From a virus (Duplodnaviria; Heunggongvirae; Uroviricota; Caudoviricetes): a stretch of DNA of 29,353 nt. Where the stretch lies: IMG/VR virus record IMGVR_UViG_2778261069_000009; one strand, given 5' to 3'. The position numbers and the translations under genes were made by a program. Position 1 is the first letter of the stretch. The number at the start of each line of letters is the position of its first letter. Below, piece after piece: positions 26,404-29,353 of this stretch. The notes under the pieces were generated by a model. That model saw only the letters and a list, made by a program, of their open reading frames with translations, was not told the origin of the DNA and searched no databases.

Positions 26404-27336
26404 TTACAGAGTTTCCTCAAAGAATGGAGCTAATACTGAAATCGCTTCAGCCACATAGGCTTTGCCGTCATAGAGGTCCATATGGTTAGCGCCTTCAACA
26501 ATGTGATAGCGTTTATCCTGACTTGATGCTCGATCGTACAGGTCGTCACTCATCCATTTACTTCCTGCCAGACTGCCCGCCACAATCTGCATCGGCTGAG
26601 TCAGGTACACTTCCGCCATATGGTAAGCATCATAGGTAATCATCTGGTTAAGGCTGCGCAAAGTAGCGTAACCCGGTGCTGTTGGATACTGCGCGCGAGA
26701 GGTGTGGTAATACTCCCAGGCCTGACGCAGTTCTTCGTTCGGCGCATCGGCCTCCTTCATTGGCGCCAGTGGCATAATGGCGTATTCTCCGCTGCTAATA
26801 TCGCTGGTTCGGGCGTTTGAGCCAGCTTCAATGTGTGGCAGAGCATCAATAGATTTCACATTGTTTTCCCAACCATTGCGGAACATCGAACCAATATTGA
26901 CCGCACTAACGGTACCGATGGCCTTGATGCGGCGATCCTGAATTGCAGCATTGGCTGTATATCCTGCACCGGCACAAATTCCCATCGCACCAATTCGGGC
27001 ATTGTCGACATAAGAAAGTGTTGTCAGGTAATCAATTACGGCACTGACGTCTTCAGTACGAATGTATGGGTTTTCTAACTGACGCGGCTCGCCGCCACTT
27101 TCACCTTGATAAGAGGCGTCATAAGCGATGGTGACAAATCCTTTTTCCGCCAGTTTTTCGGCATAGGTTCCGGCTGTTTGTTCTTTAACGCCTCCACCGG
27201 GGTGAGATACCACAATTGCCGGATACTGACGGGTTTCATCAAATTGGGGAGGGAAATAGATCACAGCAGACAAAGAGATGGTTGGATTATTGCTGTTAGT
27301 GAAGCTGACTTTATTATTCATCATTCCGTTCCTCAT
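26404..27336 (-). CDS. alpha/beta hydrolase with Cys nucleophile (dienelactone hydrolase-like)
   Basis: 310 aa; HPGGG oxyanion-type motif and GICAGAG nucleophile elbow with Cys in place of Ser; divergent from a LysR regulator. Confidence 0.75.
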   Translation of the reverse strand: MRNGMMNNKVSFTNSNNPTISLSAVIYFPPQFDETRQYPAIVVSHPGGGVKEQTAGTYAEKLAEKGFVTIAYDASYQGESGGEPRQLENPYIRTEDVSAVIDYLTTLSYVDNARIGAMGICAGAGYTANAAIQDRRIKAIGTVSAVNIGSMFRNGWENNVKSIDALPHIEAGSNARTSDISSGEYAIMPLAPMKEADAPNEELRQAWEYYHTSRAQYPTAPGYATLRSLNQMITYDAYHMAEVYLTQPMQIVAGSLAGSKWMSDDLYDRASSQDKRYHIVEGANHMDLYDGKAYVAEAISVLAPFFEETL

Positions 27337-27363
27337 GGCGTTGCCGGTTCGTTTTAACGGCTG

Positions 27364-27437
27364 GTGATATCACTATAGATATTGATCATTAAGTTGATTA
27401 GACCCAAAATCATGATTGGACCTATCATTTAAATGAT
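27364..27437. promoter_or_regulatory. divergent promoter region with candidate LysR-type operator palindromes
   Basis: GTGATATCAC (27364-27373), ATCATTAAGTTGAT (27385-27398) and the perfect 14-bp palindrome ATCATTTAAATGAT (27424-27437) lie between the divergent hydrolase and LysR genes. Confidence 0.4.
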
Positions 27438-27461
27438 TAATAGATTGTATAGAGATACAGA

Positions 27462-28361
27462 ATGAAACGTGAAGAAATCGCTGATCTGATGGCATTCGTC
27501 GTCGTTGCAGAGGAGCGTAGCTTCACTCGCGCAGCAGTCCGCCTGGGCATGGCGCAGTCAGCTTTAAGCCAGATAGTGCGCCGTATAGAAGAACGATTGG
27601 GATTGCGGCTTCTGACGCGAACCACGCGCAGTGTTGTACCAACTGAAGCGGGCGAGCATCTTTTGTCTGTTCTTGGCCCTATGCTGCATGACATAGATTC
27701 TGCCCTGTCATCCCTGAGTGAGCTGCAGAATCGCCCATCCGGGACAATACGTATTACTACTGTAGAACATGCAGCAAAAACGATATTGTTACCAGCCATG
27801 CGCACATTCCTGAAATCACACCCTGAAATTGATATTCAGCTTATCATTGATTATGGTTTGACTGATGTCGTTTCTGAGCGTTTTGATGCAGGCGTCCGTC
27901 TGGGTGGGGAGATGGATAAAGATATGATCGCCATTCGAATCGGGCCAGATATACCAATGGCTATTGTTGGCTCACCGGATTATTTTTCCCGCCGAAGTGT
28001 TCCAACGTCAGTGTCACAATTAATAGATCATCAGGCCATTAATTTGTATCTTCCCACATCGGGTACAGCAAATCGCTGGAGATTAATACGCGGTGGACGC
28101 GAAGTTCGTGTTCGCATGGAAGGTCAGCTTTTACTGAATACGATAGACCTGATCATTGATGCTGCAATTGATGGGCACGGATTAGCGTATCTACCTCATG
28201 ATCAGGTTGAGCGGGCGATTAAAGAAAAAAAACTGATACGTGTTCTGGATAAATTCACACCAGATTTACCCGGTTATCACCTGTACTATCCGCATCGTCG
28301 ACATGCTGGCTCGGCATTCTCCTTATTTATAGATAGGCTGAAGTATAAAGGCGCTGTTTAG
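27462..28361 (+). CDS. LysR-family transcriptional regulator
   Basis: 299 aa; N-terminal HTH (FVVVAEERSFTRAAVRLGMAQSALSQIVRRIEERLG) and a C-terminal co-inducer-type domain. Confidence 0.85.
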   Translation: MKREEIADLMAFVVVAEERSFTRAAVRLGMAQSALSQIVRRIEERLGLRLLTRTTRSVVPTEAGEHLLSVLGPMLHDIDSALSSLSELQNRPSGTIRITTVEHAAKTILLPAMRTFLKSHPEIDIQLIIDYGLTDVVSERFDAGVRLGGEMDKDMIAIRIGPDIPMAIVGSPDYFSRRSVPTSVSQLIDHQAINLYLPTSGTANRWRLIRGGREVRVRMEGQLLLNTIDLIIDAAIDGHGLAYLPHDQVERAIKEKKLIRVLDKFTPDLPGYHLYYPHRRHAGSAFSLFIDRLKYKGAV

Positions 28362-28945
28362 TTTTGCTTGATGATACGTTGATTTTATTTTTCCCTTAAC
28401 GTGTTCACAGTTCCTTTCGACGTTTTAGTTATTTTTTCTTCTTCATACAATGGCGGCAATTACTTTCTTTTATTTTTATTATCGTGGATGTTAATACCAG
28501 AACTTCTGACCCTACGATGCATGTTTTTTGTATATTATCTGTATCAGGCAAAGAGTGGCGCAAATTGTGGATGATGGGGGAGTATAACCCGGAAGAGTTT
28601 ACATTTTTGAACGGTATTTTTTGTAATGTAAAGGAAAATCTGTGTCGGAATGATCGCTATTTGGGTGCAGATGGCAGAAGGAGTGGGGAAATAAATAATA
28701 ATTCTACGATGATATTATTTGGTTGTATCGGTTAGTGATGAACTCAGGTCGCCAGATGCTGCACCATCTCCGGCGTGGATGATGCTTTCAGTCTCAGACT
28801 TACTGACATCGCTCAATGGGATTCTTTCGTCCTCAGTGAGCGCATCGAAACCATAACTAACCAATTGAATAGCCTGCAAGAGTATGTGAGATCACAGTGT
28901 TCATATTAGAAAAGTCTTATCATAAGATTTTTTATATGGATGCAT

Positions 28946-29353
28946 TATGTCTCAATACGCTCGTGCCGCTTTAATTGCTTATAATTTGGTTGCCGATAAA
29001 TCAATGTCTCCTCGTGAGGCTTGGGACGCCGCTGTTGCTAAGGTTACAAAAAGCGAATCCTCAAGAAAGAAGGGATGCCCAAGGGCAACGTTTCTCGCCT
29101 TGGCGGATTGCGGTTATCTGAAGAATGTAGAACCACAGTATGGGGAGAAAAAAGGCGGTAAGTTGTACCAAAGGGTGGTTGAAGTTGCGAATCTGATTCT
29201 TGATTTACCCGGAATTAGCAAAGCTGTGAACCGCCCCGGGTTTCCTGGAGAGTGTTTTATCTGTGAACTCAGGCTGCCAGATCATCGTTTCCGATGGAAG
29301 CATAATAAGCTTTTTCTGCTTCTGCCGGAGGAGTATGGCCCAGCCTTTCCAGC
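28946..29353 (+). CDS. hypothetical protein, open to the window end
   Basis: ATG 28946 preceded by an in-frame TAA; at least 136 codons without a stop (MSQYARAALIAYNLVADKSMSPREAWDAAV); its last part overlaps a convergent minus-strand frame, so the true extent is uncertain. Confidence 0.35.
29269..29353 (-). CDS. 3' end of a minus-strand gene entering from beyond the window
   Basis: Minus frame reads LERLGHTPPAEAEKAYYASIGNDDLAA then TGA (stop at 29271-29269); only 27 codons visible. Confidence 0.3.
   Translation of the reverse strand, partial: LERLGHTPPAEAEKAYYASIGNDDLAA

Noticed and set aside
28484-28735. 83-aa plus-strand ORF in the AT-rich region after the LysR gene
   Set aside because: No RBS, odd composition, no recognisable motifs; could be non-coding or belong to a minus-strand gene I could not delineate.
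1-29353. Search for CRISPR arrays, tRNA/rRNA genes and IS terminal inverted repeats
   Set aside because: No regularly spaced direct repeats, no cloverleaf-compatible tRNA-like segment at the att junction (integration is into icd, not a tRNA) and no recognisable IS ends.

Overview
This window appears to be the late (right) arm of an e14-like temperate prophage in an Escherichia-type genome, ending at attR inside a 3' remnant of icd, followed by host DNA. Order, left to right: a partial AT-rich two-gene accessory operon on the minus strand (1-2038); a tR'-like terminator; a lambda-type lysis cassette (S-like holin, R-like endolysin, Rz with overlapping Rz1); a second AT-rich two-gene moron on the minus strand (3676-4681); HNH endonuclease, a GC-rich cos-like palindrome, small and large terminase; HK97-type head genes (portal, prohead protease, major capsid, connector proteins); a Mu-type contractile tail and baseplate module (sheath, tube, chaperone with a -1 frameshift site, tape measure, N-, P-, V-, gp46-, J-, gp48-like proteins); a Pin-type invertible tail-fibre segment with two convergent fibre/Tfa sets and 26-bp inverted crossover sites; pin invertase; mcrA; a 54-codon icd remnant with its terminator; then a Cys-nucleophile alpha/beta hydrolase divergent from a LysR regulator, and uncertain ORFs at the right edge. 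No rRNA, tRNA or CRISPR array was seen. The best candidate for an undescribed system is the left-edge operon, which pairs a zinc-ribbon plus NA37 (YejK/NdpA)-like protein with an unknown, possibly membrane-associated partner; the second is the two-gene cassette at the bor-equivalent position. All family assignments are from reading the translations against remembered sequences; no database search or GC computation was run.
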